Assembly (NCBI GenBank): GCA_021777475.1
Contig: JAJYDM010000001.1
Coordinates: forward strand, 18,993-82,992
Direction of reading: 5' to 3'
DNA length: 64,000 nt
From: Actinomycetes bacterium
Lineage (GTDB): Bacteria > Actinomycetota > Acidimicrobiia > Acidimicrobiales > Acidimicrobiaceae
Below, piece after piece: positions 19,023 to 28,476 of this stretch (positions are counted from its first letter, which is position 1; the number at the start of each line of letters is the position of its first letter). The notes beneath the pieces are model-generated. The model did not search any database. It was not told the origin of the DNA and saw nothing but the letters and a program-made list of their open reading frames with translations. A program made the translations under genes and the position numbers.

Positions 19023-19109
19023 AGTTATTCCAGCAAGGCTGGGTATCTGCGAATATGCTGTAGCTAGGCATTTGGCCATTTCGGTTGCCTACCGTGATTT
19101 GTATGTACA

Positions 19110-20063
19110 TTGGAAGGAAACGTGTTGTTGGAGCAGGCCAACAGCTTGCCCGATAAGAGGATTGTTGCGTCTCGCATAGAAGACCTTCCTATTCGGGTAG
19201 TTAGTCCAAAAATAAGTGTTCTTACGCGCATTCATAATATCTGGGTTTTTAGAGAACTGCTGGTATCGATGGTGCGTAAAGAATTGCGGATCAAGTACAA
19301 GAACTCGGTACTGGGATTTTTGTGGTCCTTACTCAACCCGGCATTGTATCTTGTGATCTACTACATTGTGTTTCAGAAGATCCTCAAAAACAATATGCCG
19401 CTATTCGCAATCTTTTTGTTGTGTGGACTTCTGGTTTGGAATTTTTTTTCTAATGCACTTTCATCTGCGACAACGACTGTCGTCAATAATGCCGGAATCG
19501 TCAAGAAGGTCGCCTTTCCGCGGGAAATATTAGCCATGGCCTCGGTCGGCGCCGCGCTGATTTTTTTCTTTCTCCAGGCCTGCGTCCTGATTTTGGCTTT
19601 GGCGATATTTCAAGTGATTCCTGCACTGGGTTATATCTGGTTGATACCTCTCGCGCTCATTGCACTGCTTTTCTTTGCAGGCGCACTGGCGATCGCGCTG
19701 TCAGCTATCAATGTCTACCTTCGCGATACCCAGCATTTATTGGAGCTAGTTCTTTTAGCATGGTTTTGGGCAACTCCAATCGTCTATCCGTTTCAGGAAC
19801 TGGGAGTCCGCCTCTCTGGGAAACATCTGCTTTGGCTGTATTTTCTAAATCCTGTTACCGTAGTGGTTCTCACTTTTCAGAGGGCTCTTTATGCCAGAGT
19901 TTCCTATGTAAATGCAGGCACAGTGCAGCCATTGCTGCCGGCCTACTCGCCTGAGTGGTTTGCAATTCAGCTGCTGATCGTGGTATTGGTTAGCGCTGTG
20001 TTGTTTGTAGGAGCATTGTCGTTGTTTGGGCGCCTTGAAGGCAACTTTGCCGAGGAGTTGTAG
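19110..20063 (+). CDS. ABC-2 type polysaccharide/teichoic-acid export permease (Wzm/TagG-like)
   Basis: Signature RKELRIKYKNSVLGFLWSLLNP followed by 6 TM segments. Immediately upstream of the cognate ATPase. Confidence 0.85.
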   Translation: MEGNVLLEQANSLPDKRIVASRIEDLPIRVVSPKISVLTRIHNIWVFRELLVSMVRKELRIKYKNSVLGFLWSLLNPALYLVIYYIVFQKILKNNMPLFAIFLLCGLLVWNFFSNALSSATTTVVNNAGIVKKVAFPREILAMASVGAALIFFFLQACVLILALAIFQVIPALGYIWLIPLALIALLFFAGALAIALSAINVYLRDTQHLLELVLLAWFWATPIVYPFQELGVRLSGKHLLWLYFLNPVTVVVLTFQRALYARVSYVNAGTVQPLLPAYSPEWFAIQLLIVVLVSAVLFVGALSLFGRLEGNFAEEL

Positions 20064-20065
20064 CC

Positions 20066-21328
20066 TTGCCAGCGGCCATTGAGATCGACAGGGTGTCAAA
20101 GCACTTTCGTCTTTACCATGAGAAGTACACCTCCTTAAAAGAGCGAGTGATCCACCTGAACAAGATTCCTTATGAAGAGTTCTGGGCTCTGAGGGACATT
20201 AGCTTCGATGTCAACTGGGGAGAGACAGTCGGGTTGGTTGGTCATAATGGTTCCGGAAAGTCGACTCTTCTCAAGTGTATTGCCGCAATTTTGCAGCCGA
20301 CCTCAGGGGAGATTCGGGTGCGGGGTAGGGTTGCTGCCATGCTGGAACTTGGGGCCGGATTTCATCCCGAACTCTCGGGACGAGAAAATATTTATCTCAA
20401 TGCAGCTCTGCTCGGGGTAGCCAAGAAGGATATAGACCTAAGATTTGATGACATAGTCGAGTTTTCTGAGCTGGGGCCTTTTATCGATAATCAGGTCCGG
20501 TATTACTCATCAGGAATGTACACGCGATTGGGTTTCGCGGTTGCGGTTAATGTTGATCCGGACATCCTCCTTGTTGACGAGGTTCTTGCCGTGGGTGACG
20601 AGAATTTTCAGCGCAAATGTTTCGACAAGGTGGAGGAGTTCCAGCGTGAAGGCAGGACGATTGTCTTTGTTTCGCACTCGCCAGATATTGTCAGGAGGGT
20701 TTGCGACAGGGCTTATGTTCTCGATCACGGCATAGTCGTCGGAGAGGGTACCGCGCCTGAGGCGATTTCGATCCTTCGCGAGTATCAGGCAAAAGGTTCG
20801 GGCCTCGCGTCGATGATCGCATCCATGCAGGATGGTGAGGAGGGAGCTGGGAATCCTGCGTCGATCCAGCTAGGGACGGCTGAAATTCAAGGAGTAAGGG
20901 TCATGGTGGGCCAGATTGCGGTCACCTTCCCATCGACTCCTGCCTCCGGCCACCTCAGTCCTGGTGACCCCATGACGGTCAAGGTTGGCTACAGCGCTAC
21001 GGGCCACATATCTGGAGTCATTGTTGGGATCCAGGTTTTTGATCAGAAGGGCGATGTGGTCTTCGGAACGGACTCTGATCTGATGGGTCTTGAGCCACTT
21101 GATGTTGCCCCGGAAGGGGAACTTGAGTTCAACTTCGATTCGGTTCCAGTGAGTGACGGGATATTTTCCGTTGCCATCGGGTTCACGTCTGCCAGGGATC
21201 AGCATATTTTCGACTGGCAAAACCAAGATCTTGCATTTAAAGTGATTTCGAACGGCAAAAGTAACGGCTATCTCAAGCTTGTGCCGCGACTGATTCAAAA
21301 TGGTGAAGCTGTGCCCTTCAAAGTTTGA
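20066..21328 (+). CDS. Polysaccharide export ABC ATPase (Wzt/TagH-like) with a C-terminal beta-sandwich substrate-binding-type domain
   Basis: Walker A GHNGSGKST, signature YSSGMYTRLGF, Walker B ILLVDEVLAVGD. A ~170-aa C-terminal extension (from about 20813) is rich in beta-strand pattern, as in Wzt C-terminal domains. Confidence 0.85.
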   Translation: MPAAIEIDRVSKHFRLYHEKYTSLKERVIHLNKIPYEEFWALRDISFDVNWGETVGLVGHNGSGKSTLLKCIAAILQPTSGEIRVRGRVAAMLELGAGFHPELSGRENIYLNAALLGVAKKDIDLRFDDIVEFSELGPFIDNQVRYYSSGMYTRLGFAVAVNVDPDILLVDEVLAVGDENFQRKCFDKVEEFQREGRTIVFVSHSPDIVRRVCDRAYVLDHGIVVGEGTAPEAISILREYQAKGSGLASMIASMQDGEEGAGNPASIQLGTAEIQGVRVMVGQIAVTFPSTPASGHLSPGDPMTVKVGYSATGHISGVIVGIQVFDQKGDVVFGTDSDLMGLEPLDVAPEGELEFNFDSVPVSDGIFSVAIGFTSARDQHIFDWQNQDLAFKVISNGKSNGYLKLVPRLIQNGEAVPFKV

Positions 21329-22508
21329 AGGTGCTGTTCAAGAATTCATCCATTTTTCCTACGATTTCTTCCCACCGATAGTCCTTTTCAAGGTATTTTT
21401 TTCCGTTTGCCCCGAGTGCGTCCCTTACCGCGGGTTTTGAGATGATCATGTTTATTTGCGCTTCGAAATGTGCAAAATCTGAGAACACGAACCCTCCGTT
21501 TGAATCGTATACGTGGTCGGCGGTCACTTGGCACTGGGCATTGACGATTACGGGATGTGAGAATGACCACGCCTCGAAAAGCACAAGAGAAAAAGACTCA
21601 AATGCAGATGGGTTCACTAGTGCGGTGCACTCCTTGAGAAGAGACCACTTCAGGTCGTCGCTGACTGAACCAAGCGTCAAGATGTCCGGAAACTTGATTG
21701 GCTGGGTGGTTACAGGACCCGCAAAGACGAGTTTCAATGAGCCAGGATTGCGCCTTTTGTATTCAGCAAAAAGTTCAGACAGGAGGGTTGCGCCCTTAAG
21801 CTGGTCGACCCTACCCAAAGTTAGAAGGAAGGGCTGTCCGGCCAACTCTGGAAGGAAATTGGACAGGGGTTCTACTGGTTTGCTTAGCTTCTCGATTCCT
21901 AGGCCGGCCCTCAAGCGTGGCTTGTCCGCGACACGTAGAACTGAGTCGACGAAGCGTTCCTCGGCTTTCGACTGAAACATGATCGCCTTTGCGGTGCGAA
22001 ATACCGATTGAAAGATGGGTAGGTACGCTGCAGGCTCGTCGTGTGCTGCCGGTATTAAGACTGAGCGTTCGCTAACAGAGTTGATCCCCAGAACGATCGG
22101 ATGATACAGGTAAGGAAAAAAGAGAACCACTTCGGCCTGAGTATTGCTTATCTCATCCAATAAGGAAAGGGAGACGGGGCCCTGCGCGTCAATCCACTGT
22201 TCGCATTCCGCGATTGTGGCTGACTTTGGAGATTTCAGCAGCCTTCCCGAAAGGGCGGGAAAATCGCGTGACCTGCCTTGGTCAATGTGACACCTCGTGA
22301 CTTTTATTCCGTTGATAAATTCGGTTCCGTCGCGATAGTGGTTTGCCCAAGTGTTTGTGTCGAGTGCAGTGGTTGTCAGTACCTCCACCGATAGCCCCAA
22401 TTGCTGTGCGAGATTTTCGGCCATCATCCGTGCCGCATGTTCGGCACCTCCTATGACTTCGTTTCCATATCTTGGGGTGACGAACGCGATGCTTTTCAGC
22501 TTTGTCAA
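21318..22508 (-). CDS. Glycosyltransferase, GT4 (GT-B fold)
   Basis: C-terminal E-x7-E region (SAFESFSLVLFEAW) and nucleotide-sugar-binding half. Overlaps the next GT by 4 nt. Confidence 0.8.
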   Translation of the reverse strand: MTKLKSIAFVTPRYGNEVIGGAEHAARMMAENLAQQLGLSVEVLTTTALDTNTWANHYRDGTEFINGIKVTRCHIDQGRSRDFPALSGRLLKSPKSATIAECEQWIDAQGPVSLSLLDEISNTQAEVVLFFPYLYHPIVLGINSVSERSVLIPAAHDEPAAYLPIFQSVFRTAKAIMFQSKAEERFVDSVLRVADKPRLRAGLGIEKLSKPVEPLSNFLPELAGQPFLLTLGRVDQLKGATLLSELFAEYKRRNPGSLKLVFAGPVTTQPIKFPDILTLGSVSDDLKWSLLKECTALVNPSAFESFSLVLFEAWSFSHPVIVNAQCQVTADHVYDSNGGFVFSDFAHFEAQINMIISKPAVRDALGANGKKYLEKDYRWEEIVGKMDEFLNSTFKL

Positions 22509-23611
22509 CCGATGGCCTCCCGCTGTCTTAGTGCTGGTTCGAGGTCGGCGAGAGCATTAAAGAGTCGGTCACGGGAAGCTGTAAAGCTCAGCTCCTCGAG
22601 TTGGACCGTCATCTGATGTTGGAGGAACTTGCGGAGCGCCTCGTCGTTAATCAACTTTTCCATGGCTACCGCAGTCGTGATCGGGTCATTCTTTTGAATT
22701 AGAATGCCGGCATTTCCCAGCGTTTCACTGATGGCGGAGCTGTCGTAAGCGGCTATCGGCAGGTCGTTGTGCATGGCTTCAAGAAGGGGAACACAGAAAC
22801 CTTCGTGTTCCGAAAGGCAAATGAAGGCATCAGAGCCATGGTAATAGGACGAAAGCTCCTCTGTGGAGACACCCAAAGTGAAGTTGACGTTATTTTTTAC
22901 ACCCAAGTCACTTGCGACTTCTTTCAGGAGGTTGAGGTACTCCCTCGAGAATGGCCTACCCACCAAGTGCATCACGGCGTCTTTCGAGTAGATCCTGTTG
23001 AAAGCGCTTAATGCGGCGATGAGGTTGTGCTGCGCCTTATTTGGAACCAGGCGGCCCACGAACAAGAAGTTGTTTCGACCGGCGTCTCTGTTTTCTCGGA
23101 GCATTTCATCAACTCTTTTGTCTGAACCAGAGGCGAAAATTGTGGGGTCGAAAAGAATCGGGACAACGACGCTCTTCCCGTAGCCTATTTCGATCAGCTC
23201 GTCTTGATTGAATTTCGATACGGGAAGTGCCAGAGTCGTTCGAGTGGCCAATCGGGAGAGCTGCGCCCGGGCCCAGATCTGTCCTGTTGCGGCGACCTGG
23301 TCCCAAGGTTCAAAGAAGTGTGCCGGAGTTATGTTGTGATAGACGATAACCAGTGTCTCGCTCCGCGACGATAGGAAGTCTGCAATTGCCGAGGGCGCAG
23401 CAAGGTGATAGACGACGATGTCGTCCGGCCGGTTTTCTCTGGCATAGTTGGTGAAGCGGACAGCTCCTCCAATCTGGTCCTTCTTGACGTCTTCGACGTA
23501 GATTTTGGTCTCGATATTTCTGCCTTGAAGCGACTTGCTGATCATCATGGCGTGCATTCCAGTGGCGTCGCCCGGCACGAGAGTTGGCACGAACTGGATG
23601 ACCCTCCTCAT
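22505..23611 (-). CDS. Glycosyltransferase, GT4
   Basis: Motifs FLFVGRLVPNKAQHNLI and LSEHEGFCVPLLEAM. Paralogue of the 23608-24717 product. Confidence 0.85.
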   Translation of the reverse strand: MRRVIQFVPTLVPGDATGMHAMMISKSLQGRNIETKIYVEDVKKDQIGGAVRFTNYARENRPDDIVVYHLAAPSAIADFLSSRSETLVIVYHNITPAHFFEPWDQVAATGQIWARAQLSRLATRTTLALPVSKFNQDELIEIGYGKSVVVPILFDPTIFASGSDKRVDEMLRENRDAGRNNFLFVGRLVPNKAQHNLIAALSAFNRIYSKDAVMHLVGRPFSREYLNLLKEVASDLGVKNNVNFTLGVSTEELSSYYHGSDAFICLSEHEGFCVPLLEAMHNDLPIAAYDSSAISETLGNAGILIQKNDPITTAVAMEKLINDEALRKFLQHQMTVQLEELSFTASRDRLFNALADLEPALRQREAIG

Positions 23612-24717
23612 TTGCGGCTGGCCATTTCAGGGATGAGTTTTCGCAGCGCGTTCAGGTTCTGCAAAGTTGCTGCCTCTTGTGAATATCGTTCGAGAGTGTT
23701 GTGCGCCTCGATGCGCAACACCTTTCGCAGTTGCGTATCATTCTCGACGAGTGCGACGGCGGCAGCTACCTGGATGGGGTTCTTCGATGCAACCAGGATC
23801 CCTGAGGTCCCTAGAGTTTCGGGGATCGCGCTCGAAGCGAATGCGACGACGGGCACCGAGTGGCGCAAAGCTTCAATGATCGGGAAGCCAAATCCCTCAT
23901 GGTCAGATAGGCATACAAAAACAGTCGCATTTTCGTATTGCTTCTCAAGTTCCATGCTGTCAACAGGGCCGGTGAAGTGGACCCTCTCACTTATGCCAAG
24001 TTCACCTACAAGTTCGCGAAGGGAGTCCGCATAGCTTTTGGATGATATACCGCCAACTAATGTCAGTGTGGCTTCCTGCTGCCAACCTGTGACATAGGCG
24101 CTGAAGGCCTTAATCACGTCGTGCTGGGCCTTGTTGGGTGCAATTCTGCCCACGAAAAGCCAATTTGAGCCAACAGACCGGGTGCGGATTCCACTGCCGA
24201 ATTTACTGCTGCCGGAATGTGCTTCAACAGGAATGAATGGGGCGGCCACCAACGAGTTTTTCGTAATGCCTTCTTGTGCTAGACACCATTTGTTGTATTG
24301 CGAAACAGAAATGGCTCCAACAAGCCGTTCCTTCAAAAACGAGAGCTGCTTAATCCCCGCCCCAACAACTATGCCAACTCCGATATCCCATCTGCCTAAA
24401 ATCTCTTTGGGTGTTATGTTGTGATAGTTGATGAGAATTGGTTCCCTGCGGGTGGTCAGGTGCCCTGCAATTGGAGATCCCGTGGAGGCCTGGTAAATGA
24501 TGTACCTATTTGACCGGTAACTCTTACGCTGGAATTCCGCAAATAGGTGAGCCTGTCCTTTCAGTTCCCCTTTGATCTCGTCGGCATAAATTTCAGACTT
24601 GATGCCCAACGACTGAATCAGCTCCTGCATTTTCAGGGCATGGTAGCCAATCGCGTCTCTTGGGGCTAGAGAAGGAAGAAGCTGATCGATCTCGAGAGAG
24701 TAACTTCGAAGTCCCAT
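23608..24717 (-). CDS. Glycosyltransferase, GT4
   Basis: Motifs WLFVGRIAPNKAQHDVI and LSDHEGFGFPIIEAL. Tandem paralogue of 22505-23611. Confidence 0.85.
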   Translation of the reverse strand: MGLRSYSLEIDQLLPSLAPRDAIGYHALKMQELIQSLGIKSEIYADEIKGELKGQAHLFAEFQRKSYRSNRYIIYQASTGSPIAGHLTTRREPILINYHNITPKEILGRWDIGVGIVVGAGIKQLSFLKERLVGAISVSQYNKWCLAQEGITKNSLVAAPFIPVEAHSGSSKFGSGIRTRSVGSNWLFVGRIAPNKAQHDVIKAFSAYVTGWQQEATLTLVGGISSKSYADSLRELVGELGISERVHFTGPVDSMELEKQYENATVFVCLSDHEGFGFPIIEALRHSVPVVAFASSAIPETLGTSGILVASKNPIQVAAAVALVENDTQLRKVLRIEAHNTLERYSQEAATLQNLNALRKLIPEMASRK

Positions 24718-24722
24718 TCCTG

Positions 24723-25814
24723 CTAGTCGCCTGGTGCATCGTTATTATTAAAGTACCCTATCGTCAGGTGACAGTTCTCAAACGAGGTGGTTGATACGTT
24801 CGAAAACGCGAGTTGCTCAAGAATATATCGCCAAGTCTCGGGCGCAAACGGCCTTCCGGAGGATAGGTCCCTTTGGACCAGGAGTTCCGGGCTGGTTTCA
24901 AAAAAGTGAGGATCGATGCTGATAATTGCCAAGTTTCCTGTTGGGGCTAGGACTCTCTTTGCTTGCAGTATCAGATCGAGTTTTTCCACTGGAGAAATCA
25001 TGTCTGTTGTGTTTTGAAGTACGATTCCAAAAAGAGCGTCATCTGCGATCTCTTTGAGGTGTTCTTCCAAATCCTGCCATCTCAGGTCCAGGGTTGTCGC
25101 GATGGGATTTTCCAGGCTCTCCAGGTTGGCGTCGACCCCATAACTGTCGAACCCGTGCTCCTTTAGATGGTTTACCAGGTATCCGTTTCCACAATCCGCA
25201 ATCAGCACTCGTCCGGCCGGCTCGCCCATCGAATTAAGTAACTTCTGATCCAGTCCTGGCGAGGTGACGTAATACGGCTTTAGAAACGTTCCGCTTTGAC
25301 GCACTCTAATTGTTGATTCACCCAAGTCTTCGAGCTTCTTGACTCTGGAGTCAAAGACGTACAACAGTCTCATAAGGTTGGTAGAGAAATTGTTCAACTG
25401 TTGGGCGAGGTAGTTGAGATACCATGCCTGGGTCGTTCTAAGCAACTTCTTGATTTTCGCTACACCGGGCTTATGAGATGCGATCGGAACGTCGATGTCA
25501 AAGTAAGCTGCCCGGTCGGATGAACGGAGAAGCGCTTCAAAGTCCCTTCGAGAGTTGCCAGCTCCCGGGGGAACGAGTTGCTCGAATATGGTCTTCAAAC
25601 GCCTTTCGAAGGCTGGCGGAAAAGCGCCCTGGGCCCTTTTCCGCCTGACCTCATCTTCGATTTCCCTAGCAATCTTTGACATGAATTCATTTGTCTGCAC
25701 ATTCATCGGTGGACTTGATTCAGATACAGGGACGTGGGATGAGCCGTTCAAAAAGTCGATTTCTTGGGTTTTGCCTGTTGCCGCGTTTGCAGGTTCATCC
25801 AGTGATTGGTTCAT
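24723..25814 (-). CDS. Class I SAM-dependent methyltransferase with an N-terminal helical extension
   Basis: Motif I VLIADCGNGYL, then acidic DA (GVDAN) and the post-I/II pattern FGIVLQN...LAPTGNLAI. It is the first gene of the GT operon. Confidence 0.7.
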   Translation of the reverse strand: MNQSLDEPANAATGKTQEIDFLNGSSHVPVSESSPPMNVQTNEFMSKIAREIEDEVRRKRAQGAFPPAFERRLKTIFEQLVPPGAGNSRRDFEALLRSSDRAAYFDIDVPIASHKPGVAKIKKLLRTTQAWYLNYLAQQLNNFSTNLMRLLYVFDSRVKKLEDLGESTIRVRQSGTFLKPYYVTSPGLDQKLLNSMGEPAGRVLIADCGNGYLVNHLKEHGFDSYGVDANLESLENPIATTLDLRWQDLEEHLKEIADDALFGIVLQNTTDMISPVEKLDLILQAKRVLAPTGNLAIISIDPHFFETSPELLVQRDLSSGRPFAPETWRYILEQLAFSNVSTTSFENCHLTIGYFNNNDAPGD

Positions 25815-26271
25815 TTTGGGTGCTTATCCTTTTCCAAGCGCTGATCAAAGGCTAGCTGAATGTGCAGTGATTCAACTCCCGAGACTTCAAAGTATCCCCG
25901 AACTGATCTACATTTCAACTCTCGTCCGTTAATGAATATGGTACAAATAGACAGAGTCTTGGGTGCACTTTCAACTGGAAATTCAACCACAATTAGTGGT
26001 ATTGAGGTCTTGAGGTAGCTTGAAATTCCCGAATTTCGCACAGGTCAGTGCTGGCAATGTCGGTGCGTGACATTTTTATGATGCTGTTAGTGGACAAAGA
26101 TCTACTAAAAGTAATAAAGTGTATGAAATTACAGCTCGGTGAATTGCATATCTGAAATTTCAATTTGCCTTGGTCGAAACTGGGCCTATGTTATCTAAGA
26201 GAATCCCATGGATGGGGAGGACTGATGCGAAAGGAATCGCGTCTCGATTGCGAACTGTTAGGAGCTAGTCG

Positions 26272-28458
26272 ATGAATCGGGGACTACATTCGTGCTCCCC
26301 TGAGCACAGAAGAGCCTTGAGCCGGGTATCAAAGACCAAGCTTGTCAGGATCATCGTTGGTTCGCTTGCGGCAGTAATGCCTACCGTCTGGGTTGCCAAC
26401 TCCACTCCGGCATTCGCGTTGTCGTCGGGCTCCTTGACAATTTCCGGGCACGGGTGGGGCCATGGTCGCGGTGGCGGCCAATGGGGAGCCTTCGGATATG
26501 CAGTTGTCGGTGGCTGGAGCGCGAACCAGATTCTGCAGCACTATTTTTCAAATACCACTATTGGAACCGCCACGAATGAAAACATACGGGTAGTCATGAC
26601 GGAGAACGATGGCTATCCCATTGTTGTCACTGACGCTGCGCCGTTTACGGTTGCCTCTACATCATTTGCTGCCGGATCCACTGCCGAAATCGTGCGACTG
26701 AACACCGGACTTTGGCAGATAAATACCTTGAAACCTGGCACCGGGAGTGGATGCAACGTGACTGCCCCTGTGTGGACTCCTGGGCCTAGCGTCACTGAGG
26801 CTCAAGCAATCGTATCGCCTAATACCGCCATTTATTCAGCTGAGACTCAAGCCAATGCGCTTCAGCTATGCATGCCATCCCGAAGCATATTTCTTAGGGG
26901 TCAGATTGTGGCGGCTGACTATGGTGGCAGCCCGCGAACGGTGAATGTCGTGGATGTTGAGGACTACCTTCGCGGAGTGGTCCCATCGGAGTCACCATCT
27001 TCGTGGGGAACACTGGGTCCGGTCTCATCACTTCCCACCAGTCCGCAGATTGGTGCCAAGCCGGCGGGTTTCCAGGCGTTGATGGTGCAGGCGGTGGAAG
27101 CTCGATCGTATGCTCTTTCGTCGCTTGGGGAGTTCACCTCACCTTCAGGCGGACAGAGTTACGCGGATATTTGTGACAGCACCCAATGCCAGGTTTACCT
27201 GGGCATGAACAACGAAAACACCATAACTGATCAGGCCATTCAAGCGACAGCCGGTGAGGTCATGAGGATGGATGGGACCAATGCCATCGCTAGGACTGAG
27301 TACTCAGCTTCGACGGGTGGTTACACCTATGGAGGGACTTTTCCTGCCGTTGTGGACGAGTATGACGATGTTTGCATACCATACGCTTGCAACCCAAATC
27401 ATGACTGGACCACCACTCTTCCGATTGCAAGCATCGAGACCTTGTATCCCACACTTGGCACTCTCACCCAAATTCAGGTAACCGCCCGGAATGGACTTGG
27501 CGACATGGGAGGGCGAGTAATCTCGCTTGACCTTATAGGAACAGGTGGAACGATTCCGTTGGCTGGGTATACCTTTGAGTGGAATTTTGGTCTCAAGTCT
27601 GACTGGTACTCGTTTGCAGGCCCTATTGCGATCAACAATAATTCCCCGGCTCAGTCGGGTTCGACCACATCGACCCCGACCACGGGTCCTGGAAATGGCT
27701 ATCTGATTGATAGCGCCGTGGGGGGAGTGGAAACCTTCGGTGATGCCGGAAACTACGGTTCAATGGCCGGGAAGTATTTGTATAAGCCTTTGGTCGGTAT
27801 GGCCTCCACGCCAGACGGGAAGGGCTATTGGATGGTCGCATCCGACGGTGGAATCTTCACCTTCGGTAATGCGGTGTTTTATGGTTCGATGGGTGGCAAG
27901 GCTATATCAGCGCCCATCGTCGCAATGGCCTCTACGCCAGACGGCAAGGGATATTGGCTGCTTGGCTCCGATGGGGCGATTTATCCATTCGGTGATGCCG
28001 GAAATTACGGCTCAATGGCCGGAAAACATCTAAACAAGCCGATGGTCGGAATGTGGCCAACTGCGGACGGGAAGGGCTATTGGATGGTCGCGTCCGACGG
28101 TGGAATCTTCACATTCGGTGATGCCCAGTTCTATGGTTCGATGGGTGGCAAGCCGCTAAATAAGCCAGTTGATGGCATGGCTGCGACGCCTAACGGAGGC
28201 GGGTACTGGCTGGTCGCGTCCGATGGCGGAATCTTCACATTCGGTAATGCGACATTCTATGGTTCTCTTGGCAAGGCGCCAATCAACAACGGGGCGTGGG
28301 CCACCTCGTTCTCGGCCACCAAGGACGGGCTAGGATACTACATCCTGGATTCATTGGGCAGGGTTTACACCTTTGGTGATGCTAAATTCATGGGCGATCC
28401 AAACCATTCTGCCGGTTGGCAGCTGGTGACTTACGCTGGCATAACGGTGACTCCGTAA
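26272..28458 (+). CDS. SpoIID/LytB-domain protein fused to a C-terminal six-repeat (beta-propeller-like) domain
   Basis: Signal/TM segment (IIVGSLAAVMPTVWV). SpoIID-type motifs VEDYLRGVVPSE, QAVEARSYAL, DSTQCQVY and YSASTGGYT. These are followed by six ~42-aa repeats GYW(M/L)VASDGGIFTFG(D/N)AxFYGSMGGK. Confidence 0.85.
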   Translation: MNRGLHSCSPEHRRALSRVSKTKLVRIIVGSLAAVMPTVWVANSTPAFALSSGSLTISGHGWGHGRGGGQWGAFGYAVVGGWSANQILQHYFSNTTIGTATNENIRVVMTENDGYPIVVTDAAPFTVASTSFAAGSTAEIVRLNTGLWQINTLKPGTGSGCNVTAPVWTPGPSVTEAQAIVSPNTAIYSAETQANALQLCMPSRSIFLRGQIVAADYGGSPRTVNVVDVEDYLRGVVPSESPSSWGTLGPVSSLPTSPQIGAKPAGFQALMVQAVEARSYALSSLGEFTSPSGGQSYADICDSTQCQVYLGMNNENTITDQAIQATAGEVMRMDGTNAIARTEYSASTGGYTYGGTFPAVVDEYDDVCIPYACNPNHDWTTTLPIASIETLYPTLGTLTQIQVTARNGLGDMGGRVISLDLIGTGGTIPLAGYTFEWNFGLKSDWYSFAGPIAINNNSPAQSGSTTSTPTTGPGNGYLIDSAVGGVETFGDAGNYGSMAGKYLYKPLVGMASTPDGKGYWMVASDGGIFTFGNAVFYGSMGGKAISAPIVAMASTPDGKGYWLLGSDGAIYPFGDAGNYGSMAGKHLNKPMVGMWPTADGKGYWMVASDGGIFTFGDAQFYGSMGGKPLNKPVDGMAATPNGGGYWLVASDGGIFTFGNATFYGSLGKAPINNGAWATSFSATKDGLGYYILDSLGRVYTFGDAKFMGDPNHSAGWQLVTYAGITVTP
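27697..28458 (+). repeat. Six tandem 126-nt coding repeats, arranged as a duplicated two-unit block
   Basis: Units start at about 27697, 27823, 27949, 28075, 28201 and 28327. Units 2 and 4 are nearly identical at DNA level over ~90 nt (GGGAAGGGCTATTGGATGGTCGC.TCCGACGGTGGAATCTTCAC.TTCGGT.ATGC). Units 1 and 3 also share GDAGNYGSMAGK. Confidence 0.8.
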
Positions 28459-28476
28459 TCGATTTGAATCAGGGTC

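Noticed and set aside
26150-26271. Possible ydaO (c-di-AMP) riboswitch upstream of the SpoIID-type cell-wall gene; it contains GAATCC and GGGGAGGA.
   Set aside because: I could not find the pseudo-twofold architecture or the conserved ACGGGG/CCCGAA segments. The leader is too short and too divergent to call by eye.
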